Source of the DNA: an uncultured Hyphomicrobiales bacterium | GTDB lineage: Bacteria > Pseudomonadota > Alphaproteobacteria > Rhodospirillales > 2-12-FULL-67-15 | DNA: 50,418 nucleotides | Direction of reading: 5' to 3' | NCBI GenBank assembly: GCA_964504425.1 | Contig: CAZDFF010000001.1 | Span: 1-50,418 of the forward strand | In this document: in pieces, positions 19,820 through 27,326 of the stretch | Layout of the letters: every line of letters begins with the position of its first letter | How positions within the stretch are numbered: position 1 is the stretch's first letter | Program-made: the position numbers and the translations under genes | The notes under the pieces: model-generated | Told to the model about the DNA's origin: nothing | The model's database searches: none | What the model saw: only the letters and a program-made list of their open reading frames with translations

Positions 19820-20642
19820 GGTCGAAACCGTTTTAAGTTGGAACCGATCGATTGCCCGGTATTCCGGGGTGGGGCTGATATGTGCCACACTGGCGCTCTT
19901 GGCAAGCCCCGCCGTCGCCCGGGACCCGGGCGACGGCGCAATCGAGCCGCACCCCATGGCCGAACAGCACAGGCAAATGTTGGACGCGATCGCCGCCGAC
20001 GCGGCCGATACCGCCCGCCTGACCGGCCGGAAAGCGCTGTCGGCCCCGGTCATGGCGGCGATGGCCAAGGTGCGGCGCGATCGTTTCGTGCCGGAAAAGG
20101 AAGCCCCCTATGCCTACGTCAACCGGCCGCGTCCCATCGGTCACGGCCAGACCATCTCGCAGCCGTTCGTGGTCGCCCTGATGACCGACCTGCTGGACCT
20201 GGCGCCCGGGGACCGGGTGCTGGAGATCGGCACCGGGTCGGGCTATCAGGCCGCCGTGCTCGCCGAAATCGGCGCCAGGGTGTTCACCATCGAGGTGGTC
20301 GAGGCCTTGGCCGCGAAGGCCGCCGAGGCCTTGAAGAAGGAAGGCTACGGCACGGTCGATGTCCGCTTCGGCGACGGCTACAAGGGCTGGCCGGAAGAGG
20401 CGCCGTTCGACGCCGTCATCGTCACCGCGGCGCCCGAGAAAATCCCCGAAGCCCTGGTGGCGCAGATGAAGCCCGGCGCGCGGATGGTGGTCCCGGTCGG
20501 CCGCCAGGGCGACGCGCAGGCGCTTTATCGTTGCGTCAAGCGCGACGACGGGGAATTGGATTGCCGCAATGTCCTGCCGGTCGCCTTCGTGCCGATGGTA
20601 GAGGAAAAGCCGAAGGACGAACGCAAGCGCCTATGGCCGTGA
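19818..20642 (+). CDS. pcm: Protein-L-isoaspartate O-methyltransferase (start uncertain; possibly with an N-terminal signal/anchor)
   Basis: The PIMT core is clear (GHGQTISQPFVVALMTDLL, LEIGTGSGYQAAVLA, DAVIVTAAPEKIPEALVAQMKPGARMVVPVG). Start options are the ATG at 19818, which gives a signal-like ...GVGLICATLALLASPAVA-RD, or the ATG at 19956 (MAEQHRQ...), which gives a 228-aa cytoplasmic form. Confidence 0.8.
   Translation: MVETVLSWNRSIARYSGVGLICATLALLASPAVARDPGDGAIEPHPMAEQHRQMLDAIAADAADTARLTGRKALSAPVMAAMAKVRRDRFVPEKEAPYAYVNRPRPIGHGQTISQPFVVALMTDLLDLAPGDRVLEIGTGSGYQAAVLAEIGARVFTIEVVEALAAKAAEALKKEGYGTVDVRFGDGYKGWPEEAPFDAVIVTAAPEKIPEALVAQMKPGARMVVPVGRQGDAQALYRCVKRDDGELDCRNVLPVAFVPMVEEKPKDERKRLWP
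19877..19906 (-). promoter_or_regulatory. Candidate RpoH (sigma-32)-type heat-shock promoter for htpG
   Basis: The minus strand reads CTTGCC-N15-GCACATAT (rc of 19877-19906), about 58 nt upstream of the htpG ATG. It resembles CTTGAA...CCCCATNT. The match is imperfect and was judged by eye only. Confidence 0.35.
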
Positions 20643-21551
20643 TCCGAACAGGCGGCGCACGACCCGCCCGTCGGTGACGATCAGGCCGAGGCCGATCGCC
20701 GCCATGCCGACGAATTGATGCCAGCCCAAGCGCTCGTCCAAAATCGACCAGCCGAGCCAGATGGCGCTGACCGGCACCAGCAACGTTACCAGCAGGACGT
20801 TGGTCGCGCCGGCGGTCGAAAGAATGCGAAAATAAAGCGAGTGGCCGACCGCGGTGCATAGGACGCCGAGCCCGACCACCGCACCCCAGGCCTCGGCGCC
20901 GGGCATCGGCAAGGTCCATGGCCTGTCGACGATCAGGACGACCGGCGTCAGCATGACCGTGGTCGCGGTCGCCTGGCCGAAGGCGACGACCAGAAACGGG
21001 ACGCCCTTCAGCGTTCGCCCAAAAATGCCGGCGACGGCATAACTGAGCGCCGCCGCGAGACAGGCGAGTTCGGCCAGGATGTTCGCGTCGATGCCGCCCA
21101 GGGATTCGAGTCCGACCATGGTGGCGACGCCGCCGATGCCGACGATCACGCCGATCAGCCTGTTCGTCGTCAGCTTTTCATCCCGGGTCAGCCAATGGGC
21201 CAGGACAACGGCGAACAGCGGCGTCGCCGCGTTCAGGATCGACGCGAGCCCGCTCGGAATCTGGGTCTGTGCCCAGCAGATCAGGCTGAACGGGACCATG
21301 TTGTTCAACGTGCCGACGACGCAGAAGGCGGCCCACAGTTTCGGGTCGCGGGGCACGGCGATGCCCGTCGCACGGAGCACGATCAGCAGCGTCAGCGCGG
21401 CGATGCCGGCGCGGCCGACGACGACCGTGAACGGCGGCAGATCCTCGAGGGCGACGGCGGCAAGGAAGAACGATCCGCCCCACAGCCCGGACAGCACGAT
21501 CAGCAACACCCAATCGATCGGGCGCATCGTCGGGGCCGCTTCGCGAATCAT
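20631..21551 (-). CDS. DMT superfamily (EamA-like) transporter
   Basis: 306 aa with about 10 hydrophobic helices in two EamA-like halves. The start could also be the ATG at 21527 (MRPIDWV...). Confidence 0.8.
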   Translation of the reverse strand: MIREAAPTMRPIDWVLLIVLSGLWGGSFFLAAVALEDLPPFTVVVGRAGIAALTLLIVLRATGIAVPRDPKLWAAFCVVGTLNNMVPFSLICWAQTQIPSGLASILNAATPLFAVVLAHWLTRDEKLTTNRLIGVIVGIGGVATMVGLESLGGIDANILAELACLAAALSYAVAGIFGRTLKGVPFLVVAFGQATATTVMLTPVVLIVDRPWTLPMPGAEAWGAVVGLGVLCTAVGHSLYFRILSTAGATNVLLVTLLVPVSAIWLGWSILDERLGWHQFVGMAAIGLGLIVTDGRVVRRLFGSRP

Positions 21552-21664
21552 GGGGATTTCGGTCTCCGCCTGTCCGTCGCCGACGATAGACGGTCCGGGG
21601 CAGGCGGTTCTATCCGCTTCTTGCGTCGGAACGGCTTGAATTCGGTCCTTCGAGGACCGATTGT

Positions 21665-24196
21665 TTGGACATGAGCCCGGGTTTCCTGCCCAAGCGGCCG
21701 CACGCCGAACCGACGTCTCCGGTCGTCGCCGTGCTGGGGCCGACCAACACCGGCAAGACCCATCTCGCCATGGAGCGGATGCTCGGTCACGCGACCGGGA
21801 TGATCGGCTTTCCGCTGCGGCTGCTGGCGCGGGAAAATTACGACCGCGCCGTCGCCGTCAAGGGCCGCAACGTGGTCGCACTCATCACCGGCGAAGAAAA
21901 AATCGTGCCTGCTGGCGCCCGCTATTTCCTCTGCACGGTCGAATCGATGCCGGTCGACCGGCGGGTGTCGTTTCTCGGCGTCGACGAAATCCAGATGTGC
22001 GCCGATCCGGATCGCGGCCACGTCTTCACCGACCGGCTGCTGCATGCCAGGGGCGAAACCGAAACCATGTTCATGGGCGCGGAAACCATCAAGGGCCTTT
22101 TGCGCGAACTGGTGCCCGGGATCGAATTCCAGTCCCGGCCGCGTTTCTCGACGCTCACGTACACCGGTGAGAAAAAGCTGAACCGCCTGGCGGCGCGCAG
22201 CGCCGTGGTCGCGTTCTCGGCCGCCGACGTCTATGCCATCGCCGAGATGACCCGACGCCATCGAGGCGGCGCCGCCGTCGTTCTGGGGGCGTTGTCGCCG
22301 CGTACCCGCAACGCCCAGGTCGCCATGTACCAGGCCGGCGAAGTCGATTACCTGATCGCCACCGATGCCATCGGCATGGGCCTGAACATGGATGTCGACC
22401 ACGTCGCCTTCGCCGCGACCCGCAAGTTCGACGGCCGCGCCGTGCGTGCGCTGAGTGCCGCCGAACTGGCGCAGACCGCGGGCCGGGCCGGACGGCATAT
22501 GAACAACGGCACCTTCGGCACCACCGCGGACATCGGCCCGTTGGACGCGGAGTTGGCCGAACGGATCGAGACGCACCGCTTCGATCCGTTGCGGCGTATT
22601 TTCTGGCGCAATCCGGATTTGCGTTTCCAGTCCGTCGCAGCGTTGCGCGCCAGTCTGGTGCGTCCGCCCGAACGGCCGGGCCTGATTCGTGCCCGCGAGG
22701 CCGACGACGAACTGGCGCTCGCGCACCTTGCCGAAGACCCCGAGGTCGCACGCGTCGCCGTCGGCGCCGAGGCCGTGCGCCTGTTGTGGGACGTCTGCCA
22801 GGTGCCCGATTTCCGCAAGGTGATGAGCGACGCGCACGCACGCCTCCTCGGCCGCATCTATCTTTACCTGGCCACGGGCGCGGGGCGCCTGCCCGCCGAT
22901 TGGGTCGCGGGGCAGGTGGCGCGTCTCGATCGCACCGACGGCGACATCGAAACCCTGATCGAACGCATCGCCGCCGTGCGCACGTGGACCTACGTGTCCT
23001 ATCAGGCGGGCTGGCTCGACGATCCCGGTCACTGGCAGGGCCGTGCCCGCGCAGTCGAGGACAAGCTGTCGGACGCGCTGCACGACCGCCTGACCCAGCG
23101 CTTCGTCGACCGCCGCACCGCGCACCTGATGGGGCGCATGAAAGGCGACGGCGACCTTCTGGCCGCCGTCGACGCGGCGGGCGAGGTCCTGGTCGAAGGT
23201 CATTTCGTCGGCCGCCTCGACGGGTTTCGGTTCCGGCCCGATGGCGACGGCCGAATCGACGGCGGCGAGGTGGCTCGGAAGGCGGTGTTCGGTGCGGCGC
23301 AAAAAGCCTTGAAGGGTGAAATCCAGGCCCGCATCAAGCGCCTCGAGGCCGATACCGACGGCGAATTTAGCTTCGGGCCGGCCAACCTGATCGAATGGCG
23401 CGGCCAGCCGGTCGCGCGCGCCATCAAAGGCGCCGAAATCCTGAAGCCGGCGGTCGAGGCGCTTTCGACCGACCTGTTGGAGCCGCATCAGCGCGAACGC
23501 ATCCGTCGAAGGGCCCAGGCGTGGCTGGACGGCGTGGTCGCGTCCGGCCTCGCGCCGCTTCTTGTTGCCCAGAAGCGAACGCCGGGAGGTGCCGCGCGCG
23601 GCCTGCTGTTCCAGTTGGCCGAGCATCTTGTCGCGATGCCGAGGCGGCGGGCCGAACGCGAAATCCAGGCCCTGACCAAGGAATCGCGTCAGGCCTTGCG
23701 CTCGCTTGGCGTCACCATCGGGCGCGAGACCGTCTACATGAAATCGCTTTTGAAGCAGAAATCGATTCAAGTGTGCGCGCGTCTGCACGCGATCCATTCC
23801 GGAACGACCGCGATGGTGCCGCCCGCCGGGTGTCTTGCCGTCGCCGTGGAAAAGGACGCGCCCGTATCGTTCTACCGGGCGGTCGGCTTTCACGTCGCGG
23901 GCGGCATGGCGATCCGCGCCGACGCGCTCGAACGGTTTCTCTCCCGGGCATGGGCGTTGGCGGCCAAGGGCGCGTTCCAGCCGGACCCGGATATGGCCGC
24001 CTTGATCGGCGTTGCGCCCGAGGCGTTGCCGGCGATCCTGAAGGACCTGGGCTTTCGGACCGTGGGCGAGGGGGCGACCGTCGGCTTCAGGCCGCGCGGC
24101 CAGGGAAAGGCAGGGCATCGGGTAGAGGGTCGAAAGCCGCCGCCCGCGGCCGATTCGCCGTTCGCCAAGTTGGGCGCGCTGGCGTCGCGGCGATGA
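21665..24196 (+). CDS. SUV3-like ATP-dependent helicase with a long C-terminal extension
   Basis: 843 aa. Walker A is GPTNTGKTH, followed by a DEIQ box and a helicase C-terminal domain (ATDAIGMGLN, QTAGRAGR). The order and spacing resemble mitochondrial SUV3-type helicases that are widespread in alphaproteobacteria. Confidence 0.75.
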   Translation: MDMSPGFLPKRPHAEPTSPVVAVLGPTNTGKTHLAMERMLGHATGMIGFPLRLLARENYDRAVAVKGRNVVALITGEEKIVPAGARYFLCTVESMPVDRRVSFLGVDEIQMCADPDRGHVFTDRLLHARGETETMFMGAETIKGLLRELVPGIEFQSRPRFSTLTYTGEKKLNRLAARSAVVAFSAADVYAIAEMTRRHRGGAAVVLGALSPRTRNAQVAMYQAGEVDYLIATDAIGMGLNMDVDHVAFAATRKFDGRAVRALSAAELAQTAGRAGRHMNNGTFGTTADIGPLDAELAERIETHRFDPLRRIFWRNPDLRFQSVAALRASLVRPPERPGLIRAREADDELALAHLAEDPEVARVAVGAEAVRLLWDVCQVPDFRKVMSDAHARLLGRIYLYLATGAGRLPADWVAGQVARLDRTDGDIETLIERIAAVRTWTYVSYQAGWLDDPGHWQGRARAVEDKLSDALHDRLTQRFVDRRTAHLMGRMKGDGDLLAAVDAAGEVLVEGHFVGRLDGFRFRPDGDGRIDGGEVARKAVFGAAQKALKGEIQARIKRLEADTDGEFSFGPANLIEWRGQPVARAIKGAEILKPAVEALSTDLLEPHQRERIRRRAQAWLDGVVASGLAPLLVAQKRTPGGAARGLLFQLAEHLVAMPRRRAEREIQALTKESRQALRSLGVTIGRETVYMKSLLKQKSIQVCARLHAIHSGTTAMVPPAGCLAVAVEKDAPVSFYRAVGFHVAGGMAIRADALERFLSRAWALAAKGAFQPDPDMAALIGVAPEALPAILKDLGFRTVGEGATVGFRPRGQGKAGHRVEGRKPPPAADSPFAKLGALASRR

Positions 24197-24582
24197 CCGG
24201 CGGTTCCGACGGCGCCCAGCGCCGGCTCGATCAGTGGCTTTGGTACGCGCGCTTCTTCAAAAGCCGCTCGGCGGCAACGCGCTTCTGCGGCCAAGGGCGC
24301 CTGCGGGTTAACACGCGGACCGTCGCCAAGGCGCATCACCCTCTGAAGGAAGGCGACGTGCTGACGTTCATGCTGGGCGAGCGCGTGCGCGTGATTCGCG
24401 TCGTCGGGCTGGGCACGCGGCGCGGACCCGCGCCCGAAGCTCAGGGGCTTTACGAGGACATGTCGCCGCCGGTCTTGCCCAGGCCCGCCGGCGAATCGCC
24501 GCCGGTACACCGGGAACGCGGCAGCGGCCGGCCGACGAAAGCGGAACGGCGCGCCATCGACCGGTTGCGGGACCGGGAGTAA
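24193..24582 (+). CDS. RNA-binding S4 domain protein (heat shock protein 15-like)
   Basis: This is the last 129 codons of track ORF 23395..24582, starting at the ATG at 24193, which overlaps the helicase stop (ATGA). It has an S4-like RLDQWLWYARFFKSRSAATRFCGQGRLRVN segment and a basic tail. Confidence 0.78.
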   Translation: MTGGSDGAQRRLDQWLWYARFFKSRSAATRFCGQGRLRVNTRTVAKAHHPLKEGDVLTFMLGERVRVIRVVGLGTRRGPAPEAQGLYEDMSPPVLPRPAGESPPVHRERGSGRPTKAERRAIDRLRDRE

Positions 24583-25200
24583 TCAGTTTTTTCGAAGAAT
24601 GACCGACAGGTTGTTGGCCGGCATCGCCACGGTCTCGACGAGGGCGAATCCGTTTTTTTCCGCTTCCGCGGTTACGGCCTCGAGATCGCGCACGCCCCAT
24701 GACGGGTCTTGCGATTGCAGGCCGCGGTCGAAAGCCTCGTTCGAGGCGGCGGTATGGCGTCCGCCGACCCGGTACGGTCCATACAGGAATAGAATGCCGC
24801 CATGCGGCAGGACCCGGGCCGCGCCGCGCATCAGGCCCCGGCACGACGCCCACGGCGAAATATGGATCATGTTGTCGCACACGACGGCGTCGGCCGCGGC
24901 GATCGGCCAGTCGTCGCCGGCGGCGTCGAGCGCCAGGGGCGGATGCAGGTTTTCAGGAGAGCCCACATGTGCGGCCCAGGCCAATATGCTGGCCCTGGCG
25001 GCGGAATCGGGGTCGGACGGCTGCCAGGAAAGGTGCGGCAGTTGGGTAGCCAGAAAGGCGGCATGTTCGCCGGTGCCGCTCGCGACCTCCAGCACCAGGC
25101 CCGTCGCGGGCAGCACGCGACGCAGCACGTCCAGGATCGGCGCTTTGTTACGGGCCGCGGCGGGCGACATCAGGCGGTCGCCGGGAAGGGGTCGGGTCAT
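24583..25200 (-). CDS. DUF938 family class I SAM-dependent methyltransferase-like protein
   Basis: Uses the track frame 24583..25257, trimmed to MTRPLPGDRLMSPAAARNKAPILDVL.... It has a SAM-binding-like VLEVASGTGEHAAFLA segment, and the ending ...VAMPANNLSVILRK is typical of DUF938. Confidence 0.7.
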   Translation of the reverse strand: MTRPLPGDRLMSPAAARNKAPILDVLRRVLPATGLVLEVASGTGEHAAFLATQLPHLSWQPSDPDSAARASILAWAAHVGSPENLHPPLALDAAGDDWPIAAADAVVCDNMIHISPWASCRGLMRGAARVLPHGGILFLYGPYRVGGRHTAASNEAFDRGLQSQDPSWGVRDLEAVTAEAEKNGFALVETVAMPANNLSVILRKN

Positions 25201-25295
25201 GGCCCCCAGATAGGCCTCAAAACCCTTGTGGACAAGCCGAATTCCGCATTTTTCCAAGGGTTGTGCGGGTTCGGGCCCTGTGATAGGAGGGGCCG

Positions 25296-25769
25296 ATGAT
25301 TCAACGCTTGAAGGCTCTTTTCGAGGGCGTCGGCGGGCGCTCCCAAGGCACTTCGGGCGGCCCCGTGCATGACGAGTTCGAACTCGCGTCGGCGGCGCTG
25401 CTGGTCGAGGCGGCGCTGATGGACGGTCACTTCGGGGCCGACGAACGGGCCGCGATTCAGTCCTCGTTGCGTAACCGGTTCGGGCTCGAAGCCCGGGATG
25501 CCGATCTCTTGATCCTGGAGGCCGAAAAGGCCGTCGCCGAAACCAACCAGCTTTATGCCTTTACGCGGACCGTGAAGGACCGTTACGGTCCCGCCGATCG
25601 GTTGCGCTTGGTTGAAATGCTGTGGAGCGTCGTCTACGCCGACGGCAAGGTTCACGATTTCGAAGCCAATCTGGTCCGCCGGGTGGCGGGGCTGCTATAC
25701 GTGTCCGATCGCGACAGCGGCCTCGCCAAGCAAAGGGTTCTGGCCCGGCGCGAGGCGGCGCCGATCTGA
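25296..25769 (+). CDS. TerB family (tellurite-resistance TerB-like) protein
   Basis: 157 aa with two TerB-like helices carrying the Asp-Gly pattern (LLVEAALMDGHFGADERAAI and MLWSVVYADGKVHDFEANLVRRVAGLLYV). Confidence 0.7.
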   Translation: MIQRLKALFEGVGGRSQGTSGGPVHDEFELASAALLVEAALMDGHFGADERAAIQSSLRNRFGLEARDADLLILEAEKAVAETNQLYAFTRTVKDRYGPADRLRLVEMLWSVVYADGKVHDFEANLVRRVAGLLYVSDRDSGLAKQRVLARREAAPI

Positions 25770-25829
25770 ACGCCGGGTGGCGCTGCCGGACGCCGCGTCG
25801 AGGATTGATTAGCCGAGGGCATGGAGAAC

Positions 25830-26165
25830 ATGACGTACGTCGTCACCGAAAACTGCATCAAGTGCAAATACCAGGATTGCGTCGAGGTTTGTCCCGTGGA
25901 CTGTTTCTACGAGGGCGAAAACTTTCTCGTCATCCACCCCGACGAATGCATCGACTGCGGGGTCTGCGAACCCGAGTGCCCGGCCGAAGCGATCGTGCCC
26001 GATACCGAACCCGGGATCGAGAAGTGGCTGGACATCAACAAGGATTACGCCGCCAAGTGGCCCAATATCAGCCGTAAGGGCGAAAGCCCGGCGGATGCCG
26101 AGGACTGGAAGGGCAAGCCCGACAAGGCGGCGCTTCTCAGCCCCAATCCCGGCAAGGGCACCTGA
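25830..26165 (+). CDS. fdxA: 7Fe ferredoxin FdxA ([3Fe-4S][4Fe-4S])
   Basis: [29 protein letters not shown]...[12 protein letters not shown] is the classic Azotobacter-type ferredoxin I cysteine pattern. The track ORF starts 9 nt earlier, at 25821. Confidence 0.9.
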   Translation: MTYVVTENCIKCKYQDCVEVCPVDCFYEGENFLVIHPDECIDCGVCEPECPAEAIVPDTEPGIEKWLDINKDYAAKWPNISRKGESPADAEDWKGKPDKAALLSPNPGKGT

Positions 26166-26193
26166 CAAAATAATCTTTTAATTTTAGGCTCTT

Positions 26194-26247
26194 ACAGGCC
26201 TATTGCCCCGACGCCGCACCGTATGTGGGGCCGGGGCCTGTATTTTT
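26194..26247 (+). terminator. Candidate Rho-independent terminator after fdxA
   Basis: ACAGGCC (26194-26200) pairs with GGCCTGT (26235-26241), with an inner CCCC/GGGG pairing, followed by ATTTTT (26242-26247). The stem is interrupted, so confidence is moderate. Confidence 0.4.
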
Positions 26248-26517
26248 GCCTAAATTTGTGGTAGAGTGTTTTTTGTGCTGGTCGAAACGCCGCGCGGCGA
26301 GGAAGGCCGGCACTTCGGTTATTTAAGGGGTGCCATGGCACCGTTGTATGCCCGACCGGGATTCACCGCCCGCGGATAGCCGCAGACTGTTGAAGCGCAT
26401 AAAGATTCGTGAACGGGGGAACGCCGGCGCAAGGCCTTGGCCCCGTCACGGAACGGTCGCGAATTGCTATCCCTGGTCGTTGCCCGCTGAATCCCTTGGA
26501 CCGCAGATGAGGGAATC

Positions 26518-27246
26518 GTGAAGAAAATGAAGAAAACCGCGACAAAGAAGAAGGACAAGAAGCCAAAAATGAAGGCCACCGCCAAGCCTGCCGCCAAGGC
26601 TGCCGTTAAATCCGCGGCCAAGCCCGCCGTCAAACCCGCGGCCAAATCCGCCGTCAAGCCCGCGGCCAAGGTCGCCGCCAAACCGGTAGCGAAGGCGCCG
26701 GCCAAGGCCGCGCCGCCGAAGGCCGCCGTGCCTGCCGCCAAGCCGGTGAAGCTCGATGCGCTGCCCTTCAAGACCGGCGACTACGTGGTCTATCCGACGC
26801 ACGGTGTCGGCAAGGTGGTCGAAATCGAGACGCAAGAGATCGCCGGCCACAAGCTGCAGCTCTTCGTCATCTCGTTCGATCGCGACCGGATGGTCTTGAA
26901 GGTGCCCGTCAGCAAGGCCGGCACGTCGGGTTTGCGGCGCCTGTCGACGCGCAAGATCATGGACAGCGCGCTGACGACGTTGAAGGGCCGTGCCCGCGTC
27001 AAGCGGACGATGTGGAGCCGGCGCGCCCAGGAATACGAAGCCAAGATCAATTCCGGCAATCCGGTTTCGATCGCCGAGGTCGTGCGCGACCTGCATCGGA
27101 ACGTCGGTCAGCCCGATCAGTCGTTCAGCGAACGCCAAATCTACGAAGCGGCACGCGACCGGTTGGCGTGCGAACTCGCCGCCGTCGAGCACATCGACGT
27201 GGCTGCGGCGACCGTGAAGCTGGAAGAAATGCTCGAAGCCGCCTGA
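26518..27246 (+). CDS. carD: CarD/CdnL family RNA-polymerase-binding transcription regulator with an N-terminal Lys/Ala/Pro-rich (histone H1-like) extension
   Basis: From residue 84 on it is a canonical CarD_TRCF/CdnL (FKTGDYVVYPTHGVGKVVEIETQEIAGHKLQLFVISF...). Residues 1-78 are MKKMKKTATKKKDKKPKMKATAKPAAKAAVKSAAKPAVKPAAKSAVKPAAKVAAKPVAKAPAKAAPPKAAVPAAKPVK. The start is the GTG at 26518, with GAGGGA 5 nt upstream. Confidence 0.85.
   Translation: MKKMKKTATKKKDKKPKMKATAKPAAKAAVKSAAKPAVKPAAKSAVKPAAKVAAKPVAKAPAKAAPPKAAVPAAKPVKLDALPFKTGDYVVYPTHGVGKVVEIETQEIAGHKLQLFVISFDRDRMVLKVPVSKAGTSGLRRLSTRKIMDSALTTLKGRARVKRTMWSRRAQEYEAKINSGNPVSIAEVVRDLHRNVGQPDQSFSERQIYEAARDRLACELAAVEHIDVAAATVKLEEMLEAA
26572..26706 (+). 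repeat. In-frame 12-nt (tetrapeptide, xxxK) tandem periodicity inside carD
   Basis: Lysine codons occur at every fourth codon for 12 consecutive repeats (residues 19, 23, 27 ... 63). There is a nested 24-nt unit, gcggccaaRNccgccgtcaaRccc (AAKxAVKP). Confidence 0.85.
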
Positions 27247-27271
27247 TCGGTCCCGCGCAATCTTGAAACGC

Positions 27272-27307
27272 GAAACGGCGGCCTCGCAAGGGCCGCCGTT
27301 TTCGTTT
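27272..27307. terminator. Bidirectional Rho-independent terminator between carD (+) and the M48 protease gene (-)
   Basis: AAACGGCGGCC (27272-27282) pairs with GGCCGCCGTTT (27290-27300), with loop TCGCAAG. It has an A-run on the 5-prime side and a T-rich TTTTCGTTTG on the 3-prime side. Confidence 0.8.
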
Positions 27308-27326
27308 GTCGCCCGTCCGGCAATCG

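Noticed and set aside
21548-24118. 856-aa minus-strand ORF
   Set aside because: It is antisense to the SUV3-like helicase gene, which has Walker A, DEIQ and helicase-C motifs. The composition is Arg/Gly/Pro/Ala-dominated, so it is a GC artefact.
26572-26706. Tandem DNA repeats that could be mistaken for a CRISPR array or VNTR
   Set aside because: The unit is 12/24 nt with no spacers. It is in frame and inside a CDS, so it is a coding low-complexity repeat and not a CRISPR array.
26319-26771. 150-aa minus-strand ORF with AGLTADLAAGL repeats
   Set aside because: It is the antisense reading of the carD Lys/Ala/Pro repeat. The plus frame continues seamlessly into a canonical CarD domain.
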